DNA from: Octopus sinensis
Lineage: Eukaryota
Reading direction: 5' to 3'
Length of the DNA: 64,000 bases
Assembly: GCF_006345805.1 (NCBI RefSeq)
Contig: NC_042998.1
Coordinates: 157,604,001-157,668,000 of the forward strand
The position numbers and the translations under genes are program-made. The stretch's first letter is position 1. Every line of letters starts with the position of its first letter. Below are positions 51,791 through 64,000 of the stretch, in pieces. The notes below the pieces were generated by a model that saw nothing but the letters and a program-made list of their open reading frames with translations, did not search any database and was not told the DNA's origin.

Positions 51791-52262
51791 GTTAGTAGCG
51801 TAGGCTACTAACAACATACAAGATGAGGACAAAGATCCATTACTCTTTACTCTTTTTCTTGTTTCAGTCATTTGACTGCGGCCATGCTGGAGCACCACAT
51901 TTTAGTACTTATTCTATCGGTCTCTTTTTACTGAACCGCTAAGTGACGGGGACGCAAACACACCAGCATCGGTTGTCAAGCAATGCTAGGGGGACAAACA
52001 CAGACACACAAACACACACACATATATATACATATATACGACAGGCTTCTTTCAGTTTCCGTCTACCAAATCCACTCACAAGGCATTGGTCGGCCCGGGG
52101 CTATAGCAGAAGACACTTGCCCAAGATGCCACGCAGTGGGACTGAACCCGCAACCGTGTGGTTGGTTAGCAAGCTACTTACCACACAGCCACTCCTGCGC
52201 CTATTAATTGTAAAGAATGTAGATAATGTACACAATTCCTCATCTCTTAAATATAGAACTAT
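51791..52262 (+). mobile_element. Internally deleted family H copy interrupted by SINE A
   Basis: gcgtaggctactaac (head) fused to aacatacaagatgaggac (tail); tail resumes at 52204 (aatgtacacaattcctcatctcttaaatatag). Confidence 0.65.
51841..52203 (-). mobile_element. SINE family A
   Basis: Homology to the 43071 copy, with a small internal deletion. Confidence 0.9.
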
Positions 52263-52329
52263 ATTATAATTGATACGTTAGATCTATACGGCGTATAAAA
52301 CAGGCTAACAATAATAATAGCTTTTACTT

Positions 52330-53270
52330 GTGTTTTAGAGTAGAGAAAGGAGCTACATACATCAACTTGAATGATCTTCATTTTAAGCAACTGTAGAATG
52401 ACAACTTGTAAAGCAAACAAAGGCAGGGAGGGAATTCAGGAGAGTTATAGTTCTAGAGAGAGAGAGGATTGGATGAAATGGTTTATTCAGTATTTGGCAA
52501 GTTGAACACAATATGGGTGCTGTGAGGAAAAGGGATGAAAAGTCCGAAAAGCTGTAATGCATATAGCACAAGATCAGTAAGATCAGGAACAGAGGCCAGA
52601 AAAAAAGCGGTGAAAGGGACATGATGCGAGAAAAGTATGTCTGTGAGTCATCTTAAAGTGTTCTTAAGAGCGAATTGATATCAACCAGTCAAGCGGCAAT
52701 TATAGATATAGTCAAGGCTATCTGTTTCTGCAGTTGGAGAAGCAGCTTTATTAAAGAAGCATTACATAGGGTTTCCCTTCAGTTTTCTAAAGGGATTTCA
52801 AGTTGTTGGGGACTAAAGTAATTCCTGGTTCTAAAAAAGGAAGGTCTGTTTTTGTAGTGCAATGTTTGCACTGTTGAGGATGTCAGATTCACAAGGAACA
52901 ACTCAGCAATCATGACACCGAGCATTTGTACACTCTTTAAAGGTTCCAGTTGTGTGTTGTTCATATAGAAGAGTTTGTATATGGTACAATAGTATTTACT
53001 TGATATATGTAGTAACTGCGATATAGCATTAATTTCGGTGTAAAATATGTTTTCTAGTATTAATAGAACCAGTGCATTGTGGGCAGAATTCCTAGGTTCC
53101 ATTGGGCTTAATCTTTAGGTGCTCAGATGTCAGAGTGGTGAAAGAGGGCATCATATAAATATGAATAGGCGTTGTAGGAATTGTCGACAAGTGAGTTATC
53201 AATATATGAAAAAGAGTAAGCAGAACAAATTCGGACCCTATGATACTCAGTTTCCTATCAGCACACAACA
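52330..53270 (-). pseudogene. Very decayed APE/RT LINE remnant
   Basis: EPRNSAHN resembles the PLGxSDH endonuclease end; weak. Confidence 0.3.
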
Positions 53271-53571
53271 CACTGGTTTGATCTGACAGGAAATTTCCGA
53301 TCCGAAACGTGTTACTAGCAAATTACAGGTTCTGAAGTTAGTTGTCAATCAATCAATCTAATGGAAAACGAATAACATAAGAAAATAAAGACAGGGAGTT
53401 TTACTAGGTTATGTATCTGTAAAAATTCGAAATGAAATAATATGCCATTTATATCATTCTTGGAAGCAATAACATCTATCTGTGACATTGCCACCGGACC
53501 ACAATTTAAAGATGCTTAAACAGGCGTTAAATAATGGAACACAGAAGGGATGAATTCGAAAGAAATTGTCA

Positions 53572-53705
53572 AAGGTGCAGGCGTGGTTCTGTGTGGTAAG
53601 AAGCTTGTTTCGCAATCACATGCTGCATTTGACAGGTGTTTTCGATATCCCTGGGCCGACCAAAATCTTCTGTGTGGATTTGGTAAACGTAAACTGAAAG
53701 ACGGA
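53572..53705 (+). mobile_element. SINE family A head fragment
   Basis: ggtgcaggcgtggttctgtgtggtaag..gggccgacc..ggatttggta. Confidence 0.7.
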
Positions 53706-53821
53706 CTCTAGTGTCGAAGACGACGAAGGAGAGTTTAACGAGAAGACAAAAAAATCCAACTAAATAGACAATCAACGGCATACATTACTATTACTACTAT
53801 TCCCCAACGTTTACAACTTAT

Positions 53822-56210
53822 TCACTTCACCTGGTGACTCCTTAGTGAGACATCATAGGCATCCCAGAGTCGATCATAAAGCCTCCCAAAATCTGTACTC
53901 ACATTTCCAATTTGAGTTTGAGCCTCCCTATCTAGTTTAGCATCGCTTGTTACTGTAGAATTCAAATATGTGAAATCATCAACGGTTTTCAGAGCTTTGC
54001 CTTCAACAAACACGCTGAGTAAGATTTCTATATTGTTACATGGATGGTACAGCAGTTCAGCTTTTTGCTCTGATAATTAAGCCAAAAGAACTGGTTGCTG
54101 TTGCAAATCTTTTAATGATGTACTGAATGTCCTCAAGTGAATGAGCAACTAGGACACAATCATCTGCAAACCGTAAGCCTCTCATTGTCTGAGATGCAAC
54201 TTTAGAAAGGCAGAATCCAACATTATTACAAAAAAATTGTGTAAATAGTACTGATGCCAAAAGGCGCCATTTTTAACATGAAAAAGGCTGAGACTGAAAG
54301 CCATTCGAGAGAACAGATACCTTCATATCTATATGTCGGAACACTATGACAATTAGCTTTTTCTCGGAAAGCCTCCCGGCATACTGTCAAAGGCTTTGTA
54401 AGGTTAAAAATACGACCACTGGCCCTCGACCTGACCTAAACATACACTGACTTTGTGGATAGACAGAACCGATTAAGTTAGAGTTAATTCGGTTTAAGAT
54501 GACACTAGAGAGGAATTTTCCTGCAACAGAGAGCAGGAATATGCTATGATGATTGTGACATTCACACTTATCTTTATATTTATATAGATCTATAATCGTT
54601 GCATCTTTATCTAAATATTTCCGCCACATTTAAAAATGTCTTCAGGAATAATACTCTCTCCTGAAACTTTTCCGTTTTATAGCCACTTTCACTTCATCCA
54701 AACATGAATCCAATTCAAGAGAGTCAATTATCAGCCTTTGGTGGGATATAATTGATTGAGTTAATGTCTACATTTGTATCTCTGTTGAATACATTTTTAA
54801 ACTGTTCTGCCCAACGTTTCAATGTCATTACGATCTGGGAAAATATTCCCTTGTGTAGAAAGAAGAAAGAACAGGAGAAGCACCCTTCTTTACTTGGATC
54901 AAAAGTTCCCTTCAATTTTTTATTAAAAAATTTCATGTCATGTTTGTCAGCTGATTGTTGCAGAGCTTTAGTCTTTTGTTCCCGCTACTGCTGCGTCAAT
55001 TTTCAGAATTCTGGTTGAACAAAGTTTTTGGCAGATTGTAAACCCTTTTCTTTCTAGCAGTGTTCTTATCTGTAATCCATTCTTTGTGAAGTCTGTATAT
55101 TTCTTGAAGCAGTTCACTTAAGAACTCGTCATTTTTATCAAATCTTGGTTTTTTAGAGAATGAAAACACAAGAACGTCTCTGGATGATGACTCATAAATG
55201 AAATCTCTAAGTTGACCCCATAATTCTTGTATATTTCCCGTGATTCTAACATTACGTATCTTTTCATCAAGTGTTTGAGCGAGACTATCCTTCTTGTTAT
55301 CTACTTTGAGCTTTGAAATATCAAGTCTCTTAATGAATTATTTACGTTTTTGTTTTATGGCCGGCCTTGACCTAACTTATATCTTGCTACAAACCATTGC
55401 GTGGTCAGACGGGCATCCTGCCTTATGGAAACTACGTAGTACTTCAACATCATTTCTATTTTGGCTTCGGACAATCGCATAATCAATCAAGCGACTATGA
55501 ACTGATCTGGACGATGCCAAGTTATTTTGTTTTTATTGGACTGTTGAAAAATGTATTGGTGACAGAAAGTCCAAACTCACGGCACGAAAATATTATCACG
55601 AGTCCATCTGAGCTCATTGTGCAAAAGACCATGCTTACCAAGAATATTTGGCCTAGAAAGCTAATCTGAAGTAATACAGGCATTAAATTCTCTTAGAAAA
55701 GTTTCATCTTCATTGAGAATTTGGTTCAATAATATTCGTAATTTGGAATAGGACTTAACTGTCACATATTTTCTACGCCATTTGGGAATCGTAGTAATAT
55801 AAGACGATCATTAATTCCATTTGGTAAGTATTCTTGTTTATGTACATTATCACTAATAAAGAAACCTACACCAGATTCTTTTTTCTCTGCCTCAGATTTA
55901 CCACCTTTAACTGGTGGTAAATCTGGTAGTTTTGTCTCCAAGAACCGAATTATAAATGCTATTTTGCGCTCAAGTTGCTTCGTGTAGTCTTGGAGTGTGC
56001 GTACGTTCCAAGCAGCTATACTCATATCTATTTCCCAACCCTTTTTCTTTTGTCTTCTCATATTTTTCAACTGCATGGTTGAAAGTAAAGTCATTCACAG
56101 TATAATGACAAGATTGTGTGTGCAAGCGATTTTAGGGCACCTTTTCTTGCCCACACTTCACATAAGGGAAAGCAGTGCCATCCTAAAAAGGCTGCCTTGT
56201 AGGTACAAGG
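53822..56210 (-). pseudogene. Decayed RTE-clade LINE
   Basis: IAAWNVRTL, SGVGF, INDRLILLR; IFLLSVAGK..QSQCMFRSGRG; LRFADDC; VDDFTYL. Confidence 0.88.
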
Positions 56211-56214
56211 ACTG

Positions 56215-57318
56215 AAATTTCTCACAAGATTCATAAAACAGCCTTTAAGGCACATACTGCATTATAAGTGCAAAAAAGGAAACTCTGCAGCCGAAGCGAC
56301 TCGAAACATAAACTCAGTTTATGGGAAAGAATGCTTCAATGAAACAACGTACAGAAGATGGCTTGTAAAATTCAGAAGTGGAGATTTCAGCCTTGAAGAT
56401 AGAGATCAAACAGGACGTCAAGTTGAGTTTGATGATAAGCTCCTTGATGCATTACTTGAAGAAAATCCTGCATTATCAGTTGAAAAAATTGGCAATAAGG
56501 CTTATTTCAAACCATGCAACTGTTCATCGTCATCTTCAACAACTTGGAAAGGTTCCTAAACTTGGAAAATGGGTGCCTCATGAATTGTCCGAAAGCAACT
56601 GCAAATCCAGAGTTGACTTCTACTCTTCTATCCATTCTCGCGAACACATTTAACCCTTTTTGGATAGACTTGTAACTGGTGACGAAAAATGGATCTTCTA
56701 TCGTCGTAAACAGTGGCTTGGTAAAAGGGAAAAAGCTCAACCACAACCGAGAAGGGAACTTCATGGAGGAAAGGTTCTTCTCTCTATCTGGTGGGATTGC
56801 AAAGGAGTAATTCGCTTTGAATTATTATCACCTAATTCAACAAACAAAGCTCAAGTCTACTGTCAGCAATTAGAGCGTTTGAACCAAGCTTTGAAGAAAA
56901 AAAGACCCGCTTTAGTGAATGGAAAAGGAGTGATGTTTCATCAGGACAATGTGCGACCTCACACTACAAAGATCATATCACAAAAGATCGAAGAGCCAGG
57001 CTGGGAAAAATTCCTCATCCACCTTATTCTTCCGACTTTGTTCCTTCGGACTACTATTTGTTTCGTAGTTTACAGAATCATTTGGGAGACATAACTTTCA
57101 CTAGTCAGGAGGAGGTCGAAACTGACATTTCAGAGTTCTTTGCTTTGAAACCAAAAGAGTTTTACATTGATGGGATTATAAAAGCTTGTAAATATATGGA
57201 AGGAAGTCATAGATAATCAGGGAAAGTACATTGATGATTAAATTTCAATTAAATATAACATTTGATCACTTGTTTTCTTTATTCAAAATTCGGAGAGAAC
57301 TTATGGGATGACTTGATT
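56215..57318 (+). mobile_element. Mariner (DD34D) transposon relic, 5' end lost
   Basis: GNSAAEATRNI, WVPHEL, TGDEKW, HQDNVRPH, HPPYSSD..PSDY across frames; 3' TIR-like gaacttatgggatgacttgat. Confidence 0.92.
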
Positions 57319-57649
57319 TATTATAATTTTTATATTCCTTTATATATATATTTTACATTTTATACCCTTTGTATATGTATATGTTTGCTTGTGTGTATGT
57401 TGGCCATCAACCCTCAACCCTTTGGTAGATCAAGCCGTATCATCTACACTTGTTCTGCGATTGAGTGTGCATCTCACAAGTGGCACACTGTGCACTAGTA
57501 CAGGTAATGTTTTCTAGTTTGGGCGGTGTCTCAGTATGGCTGCATTCTAATGACTGAAACGAATGAAAAAGTAAAGTCGTATTTTCCTGTCTACAGTTAA
57601 TGTTAACAATGACCAGTGATATTGTATTGAATCAAAGCGAATGAAATTC

Positions 57650-57950
57650 TTTTATTCTTTTACTTGTTTCAGTCATTTGACCGAGGCCATTCTGGAGCAC
57701 CGCCTTTAGTCGAGCAAATCGACCCCAGGACTTATTCTTTGTAAGCCTAGTACTTATTCTATCGGTCTCTTTTGCCGAACCACTAAGTTACGGGGACATA
57801 AACACAACACCTTCGGTTGTCAAGCGATGTTGGGTACACACACACACACGTACTCATATATAATGAGCTTCTTTCAGTTTCCGTCTATCAGTGGGACTAA
57901 ACCCGAAACTATGTGGTTGGTAAGCAGCTACTTACGCTCAGCCTCTCCTG
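57650..57950 (-). mobile_element. SINE family A, internally deleted
   Basis: Tail and head blocks homologous to the other copies. Confidence 0.85.
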
Positions 57951-59036
57951 TGCGTGAACAGAATGCTACTCTCTACTACATCGCAGAACAGTAACCTCAA
58001 ATATTCGTGTTTGTTTTAACAATACTTCTGTTGCTTACAACAATTAATTAGAAACTTAGCTGTACTTCACTGTGGACCCTGACTATATTTAAACTTGAGA
58101 GATGTAACTAAATTCTTTCAGGACTTTTGTAGTCTCCCTATCGATTCTGCCACATATTGTAGTTAATTACAATAATATTAATAACGATGTATTAGGTAGG
58201 CGTAAGGCTATGCATCTTGTAGGAGGGAACGGTCATTATATCGGTACAGGGTTAGAATATAATTGATTTATCCTGTAAAGATGAAATATAAAGTCGATCC
58301 TGAACGATTTGAATTTATACCGCAAGCTATTTTTATTATCACAAAATAGATCCTCCCATCCATACAACAAGAATGATTTCTTACCGCAGTACAAGACGAT
58401 ACATTTGTTGGAGAAATGTATAATCAAAGGAATCGGTTGCTGTAGGATTTGACCTAAAACCAGTAATTAATCGGCATACTCTTGTCCATGCATGACGATA
58501 TTCACTTCACGCACGATGTCATGTCATTTTACACGACCACTTCACTTTATTTACAGATGAGCTTCGCAGTCCCAATCTTTTTAACGATTACTTTCCTAAT
58601 AGATCACACATAAAGAAATAAAATGATGTAACAATAAGACTTATCTCAAGCACTTGAGATTTTTATAAAACTACAACTTCTTCCTTCATCATATGCTATC
58701 CTTCTTCAATAGAAGATAAAATGAATTGAGATCATGCGGTAATCATAATTTCCATAATTTTCATTAACAATATTAGTAAAACAGTTGACTTAGGAATTCG
58801 AAACTGCTTTCTTGATTTGCCGATGTGTACTACCACGACACATGTATAGAACCAATTCTTAGAATCATCTGTATTTTAGAAACTAATGAGTGTCCTCATG
58901 TGGCCGCTCGTCTACCTAGAAGCAACAGATAAATATCTTTCATATTATACTTGGTAACACCCAAATTTCTACATTTCCTAAGTCTGGGCTGACCTGTGTT
59001 AAACAACTAACCAGAATTACAACTAATTTTCAAACA

Positions 59037-59099
<63 letters not shown>

Positions 59100-59413
59100 C
59101 ACCACCACCACCACTACTACTAGTAGTAGTGGCCTACAATAACTGACTCATACGTGTGTGTGTGCGCGTGTGCGATGTGTGTACGTATATGTGCGTGTAC
59201 ATGTATAAATGTTCGAGTGCATACGTGAGTAACGTTTGTTTGCGTGTGCGAGTACGTTTGTTTATGTGTGCGTGTGTGTGTGTGTGTGTGCCTTGTCAGT
59301 TTTGTTACTTCTGATGTTAACCATTGCTAATACTAATTCGGCCAGTATTGGTATTGTTAGTGATGCTGCACAGCACTTCAGCTGCTGCTGCGCTTGCTGC
59401 TTTCTTCTGGAGT

Positions 59414-59474
<61 letters not shown>

Positions 59475-60748
59475 GTCCTCACTGCTGCTGCTGCTGTTGC
59501 TGTGGTCAGTTTATTTATTTTATTTATTTGTTAACCTTCTGCGAGATAAACTAACTCCAGCTTACGTTGTGATTTATATGTTAACGCTTGCTCCAGCAGC
59601 TTGCGATCCTGTGTGATGCTGGCAAGAGAAACGCATACTACACTAACTGGCAACGTCGCTCCTTCTTATTTCCTCCCACTACTCTACTCCCTCCACGACC
59701 ACCATAACGACCAAACACTGCCAAGTCATTGTACTTTGCAGTTTACCGTGTTTTTGTTTTCGTGTGCTTCGGTTAATGCGGTGCTTGAGACGCTTTACTT
59801 TCTCAAGTCTTTGCAAAGGATGCATGCCCGGTGTTCAACAGCTGTACACTGATGGTAAGTACTATACTATAATCAACTTACTCAGTTCCTCCTATTGCTT
59901 TACATATTAACTCGACTCTTACACTTACTATCTTAGAACCAACCAAAGGGTGATATTACAAAAAGCGACCTGTTAGAAATAGCAGATAAATATCCATCGT
60001 ATCATATATTTCGCATAAAAAAGTAAGGATACATTCTACAACGTAATGCTCGATATACAAACAGATGGGAGTGTCAAGGTTGGAATGTCTTTCATCGTAG
60101 GACTGATCAATCTTGATGAGTAACTTGGGGCAAAACAATAATGACAAAAACAATATGATTTAATGGCAGTATGTTATCCTTCTTGGCTTCAATTCTTTCC
60201 TTCTGTCTTCCGTTTCAGTCGCTTCTTCAATTAATTCAATTCGTTCTTTACTTTCGTCTTCATTTCCTCATTGTTTTCTCCTTTCGTTCTTTCAATAATT
60301 TATTTCTTCTCGTTCTCTTGTCTTCATTCTCATTCCGTATGCTGCTTTTTTTGGCCCTCAACATACACAGCGAACACACACACACACACATACACACACG
60401 TGCCCGCACACGCACACACAACCACAGAGGTGCACACACGCGCACCGCACACATGCACACACACACACTCACACACACTCACTCAGAGATATCCCCACAA
60501 ACACGCACACACCTACATACTCAAACATATTTCTATATAGGTCTATATCTTTTATAAATTATATGTGTATGTGTCTGTGTGTGCGCGCGTGTGTGTGCAT
60601 GTATACGTATATGCATTATGTATAAATTACGTATATATCATTTTATAAGAATCTATTACACACACATACAGATATGTATTGCACACTTAAAATATTTAAA
60701 TTGAATTGTATCTATAATTGTTCAATTTATTGTTTTGTTTCCCATTTC

Positions 60749-60898
60749 TTATATACATACATACTTACATACATACATATATATATATATACATACATAC
60801 ATACATACATATATATATATATATATTATATATATATATAGATGAATAGATATATAGATACATACATACATATATGCATATATATATATGTGCATGTA

Positions 60899-60929
<31 letters not shown>

Positions 60930-60932
60930 GCT

Positions 60933-60968
<36 letters not shown>

Positions 60969-60975
60969 CATACAT

Positions 60976-61042
<67 letters not shown>

Positions 61043-61100
61043 CATACATATACATGTATACATACTTATGTAATATACACACACATACATATATGCATAT
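60749..61100. repeat. (TA)n/(TACA)n microsatellite array
   Basis: Direct reading. Confidence 0.95.
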
Positions 61101-61483
61101 AGTTTTCTAACATATAGTTTGATAGCAATCTGTAAACCATTTCTTCATGTACATAGCAATAAGTCAAAATCTAATATGTGAAAAGAAAGGGATGATTTCA
61201 ATTTCTTCAAAACACATTTATTTCCAGCGTTCTATAGTAAACAAAATATATTGTACATCGTATGATTTTCCGTGTGCGTATACAGTGTGTACGATGTAGT
61301 CTATGCGTGACTTGAGCGTTGATTTTAATTAGCGTGTTGATTTACATATATGAATGGCTATGTGTAAACTAAGACACTGATATTTAATTATATATTTGCT
61401 ATTACTTGGCAGTCTATCTTACTGTGTGTGGGTGTGTGTGTCTGTGTGCCAGCTTGTTTGTGTTATGTTCCTGCATGTGTATC

Positions 61484-61770
<287 letters not shown>

Positions 61771-61771
61771 A

Positions 61772-61922
61772 GGAGGGGAATACTGAAAAGTTCCTGGCTT
61801 TAAGGGTATCACGAAAGACTGCTGTGTGTATATGAGAAGGGAATATACTCAATAAAATCATAATTAACTGATCCTCCGGTATTTTCCTTTACATAAAGCT
61901 AGGAACTTTTCAGCACCCCTCG
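61772..61922. mobile_element. Tc1/mariner-type MITE
   Basis: About 30-bp TIRs gagggg..tactgaaaagttcctggcttta / taaagctaggaacttttcagcacccctcg; TA on both sides, inside (TATG)n. Confidence 0.85.
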
Positions 61923-63434
61923 TATATGTATGTATGTACCTATATGTATGTATATTTGCACTCACACACACGCGCACATGACGGTATTCGTGCGCGTGTA
62001 TCTGTGCGTATGAATGAATTCAGATAATTTTTCCCTTTCACATTCACCCTGTTTGTTTTAGACAGTCCCATGAATTTCTCAAACGCACACACATACGTAC
62101 ATATGTGTGTCCGTATAAGGGTATGACTCCGAAGGTACGAAAGGGAAATTTGATGTGTGTGCGTATGTGTGTGTGTTTAAGTGTGTGCGTGCGCGTGTGT
62201 GTATGTATGTATGTAATTGAGTCTGTGTGTGTGTGTTTAGAGGTGTAGTCGTTATGTTTACAACAGAAGGAAGCGTTTTTGTGTTAGAGTACAATTTTAT
62301 CGAACATGCCACAATACATTTCAACACAATGCAGTCTTCGCCCTAAATTTCAACACACATTTGATTTTCTTTTCGCGTAATGTCTGTCAGTCTGTCTGTT
62401 AGTTTGTTTCTCTCTCCCTCACTCTCATCCTTTCCTTCCTCCTCCTCTCTCTCTCACTCTCTCTCTACTCTCTCGCTACTTCTCTTTATATATAGATACG
62501 TGTAGATATGCTTGCCAATCCATGTAAGTAGATGAGCGTGTGTGTGCTTCTGTTTATGCCTGCATGTTATTATGTTTATACGACACACATACACACACCC
62601 ACGTACGCACACTCATACATGTAATACTCGTATACACATAACCATGCGCGTACACATACACACACACACACACTATTTTAAGTTATCGTTGTCGTTATTT
62701 AGTCCTAACCAATATAGATTGAGCTGTACGAACGTATTTGCATGAATTGTGTTTAGAGTAGATGTTCTTGGATAGTCCTGTCTTTGTTATTATTGAAGTG
62801 TTGAAGATTGAACTCAGCACAGTAGCTAGTGAAACGCTGCACTAAACTTTACACAATATCTTCTTAACGAATTTTACGTACCATGATGTTCCTCTACACT
62901 GTTAGGGGCATTTCGGGATTGAGCAAGCGGACCAAGCAGTAAAAGTCTTGTAGTTATGCTAGGAAGAATTTTGATCTTATTAGATTGACAGAATTGTTCC
63001 AGCTCTTTGCATTCTGAGTTCAAATCCCCTCAGCGTCAAATTTTCCATTTATACCTTCGGAGTTGATGAAATAAGTATCAGTCAAGTACTGCGGTTACAG
63101 CATCAGCTACTCTCACAATTACTTTCAATTTACCTAAATCATACATAATTATTACCCTTTTTCTTTTTCAAGTTTTAGTTAGTGAGAAAAGTGAATGCAG
63201 AAGATGCCTCCACCCAGTAAATTCTTTGAATGACAGTTGTAAATGTAGTACGTGTGAACGGACCTGCTCTGTGCATGCTCCTGTTGGCCAGCGGATGAGA
63301 GATTGCTCTCGTAGTCAGGGTGAACCAGATTTTTCTTCATGTCTTGAGGAGCTCTCTTTGTATCTTCTTGAGTATCTTCTTTGGAATTTTCGTGTTATTT
63401 GCGGTTTTGCTTTGAGCCTTTACGAGTGATAAAG

Positions 63435-63468
<34 letters not shown>

Positions 63469-63497
63469 TCTTCTTATTATTATTATTATTATTATTA

Positions 63498-63531
<34 letters not shown>

Positions 63532-63533
<2 letters not shown>

Positions 63534-63746
63534 GGCAGTGAACTTGCAGAGTCGTTAGCACTCTAGACAAAACGCTGAGCGGTTTTTGGCCTGTCGCTAC
63601 GTTCTGAGTTCAGATTCCGCCGAAGTCGACTTTGCCTTTTACCATTTCGGGGTCGTTAAATTAAGCACCAGTGAAGCACTGGGGTCGATGTAATCGACTA
63701 GTCCCCTTCCCACAAATTTGAGACCTTGGGCCTACAGTAGAAAGGA
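63532..63746 (+). mobile_element. SINE family C (decayed copies also near 62990-63110 and 63835-63970)
   Basis: gagttcagattccgccgaagtcgactttgccttt..ggggtcg..gcactggggtcgatgtaatcgac. Confidence 0.85.
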
Positions 63747-64000
63747 TTATTATTATTATTGTCTGTTTTTGTATTGTCCACCTCAATCTTCGCCCTTGTG
63801 GTAAATAAATGAAATCATTATTACTATTATCATTAAAACAGCTAGCAAGTGCAATCCTTATCACTTCGGACAAGATTCTTAACGCCGTTTCTTGCTGCTG
63901 CTTACCTCCCCATGCCAAATTCAGCTGAGGTTGTGTTTGCCATTCATCCTTTCGGAGTTAATAAAATACGGCATAGTTTCGGTTGTAGTAGCACAGATTT

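Noticed and set aside
53278-53320. ctgacaggaaatttccgatccgaaacgtgtt as a hammerhead
   Set aside because: The core is one base short and helix I cannot form; at best a dead relic.

Overview
This is an AT-rich, repeat-saturated animal genomic window. The SINE families, (TAA)n/(CA)n microsatellite load and LINE mix point to a cephalopod, probably Octopus; that is inference, not a database result. I find no convincing host protein-coding gene, and most short ORFs in the track are translated microsatellites or SINEs. The window is a transposon graveyard. It holds three tRNA-derived SINE families, many 5'-truncated Dong/R4-type (REL endonuclease) LINE ends stacked in (TAA)n tracts, and a near-intact CR1/L2-group ORF2. 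It also holds decayed RTE and L1/Tx1 LINEs, Penelope-like elements (PLEs) of two types, two mariner relics, a mariner-type MITE, a non-autonomous Helitron and a solo LTR. The signal the ORF track misses is RNA-level: type I hammerhead ribozyme (HHR) motifs from about five unrelated repeat families. Three stand out. (i) A highly structured 364-nt non-coding monomer in partial tandem, retrozyme-like, whose HHR has a compensatory U3:A8 core. (ii) A tRNA-headed SINE carrying a Penelope-type minimal HHR and a PLE-style inverted 5' end. (iii) A second, independent U3:A8 HHR in a Penelope 3' UTR. The main SINE family also shares a covarying two-hairpin 3' tail with the resident CR1-group LINE. Coordinates of decayed repeats are approximate (tens of bp).
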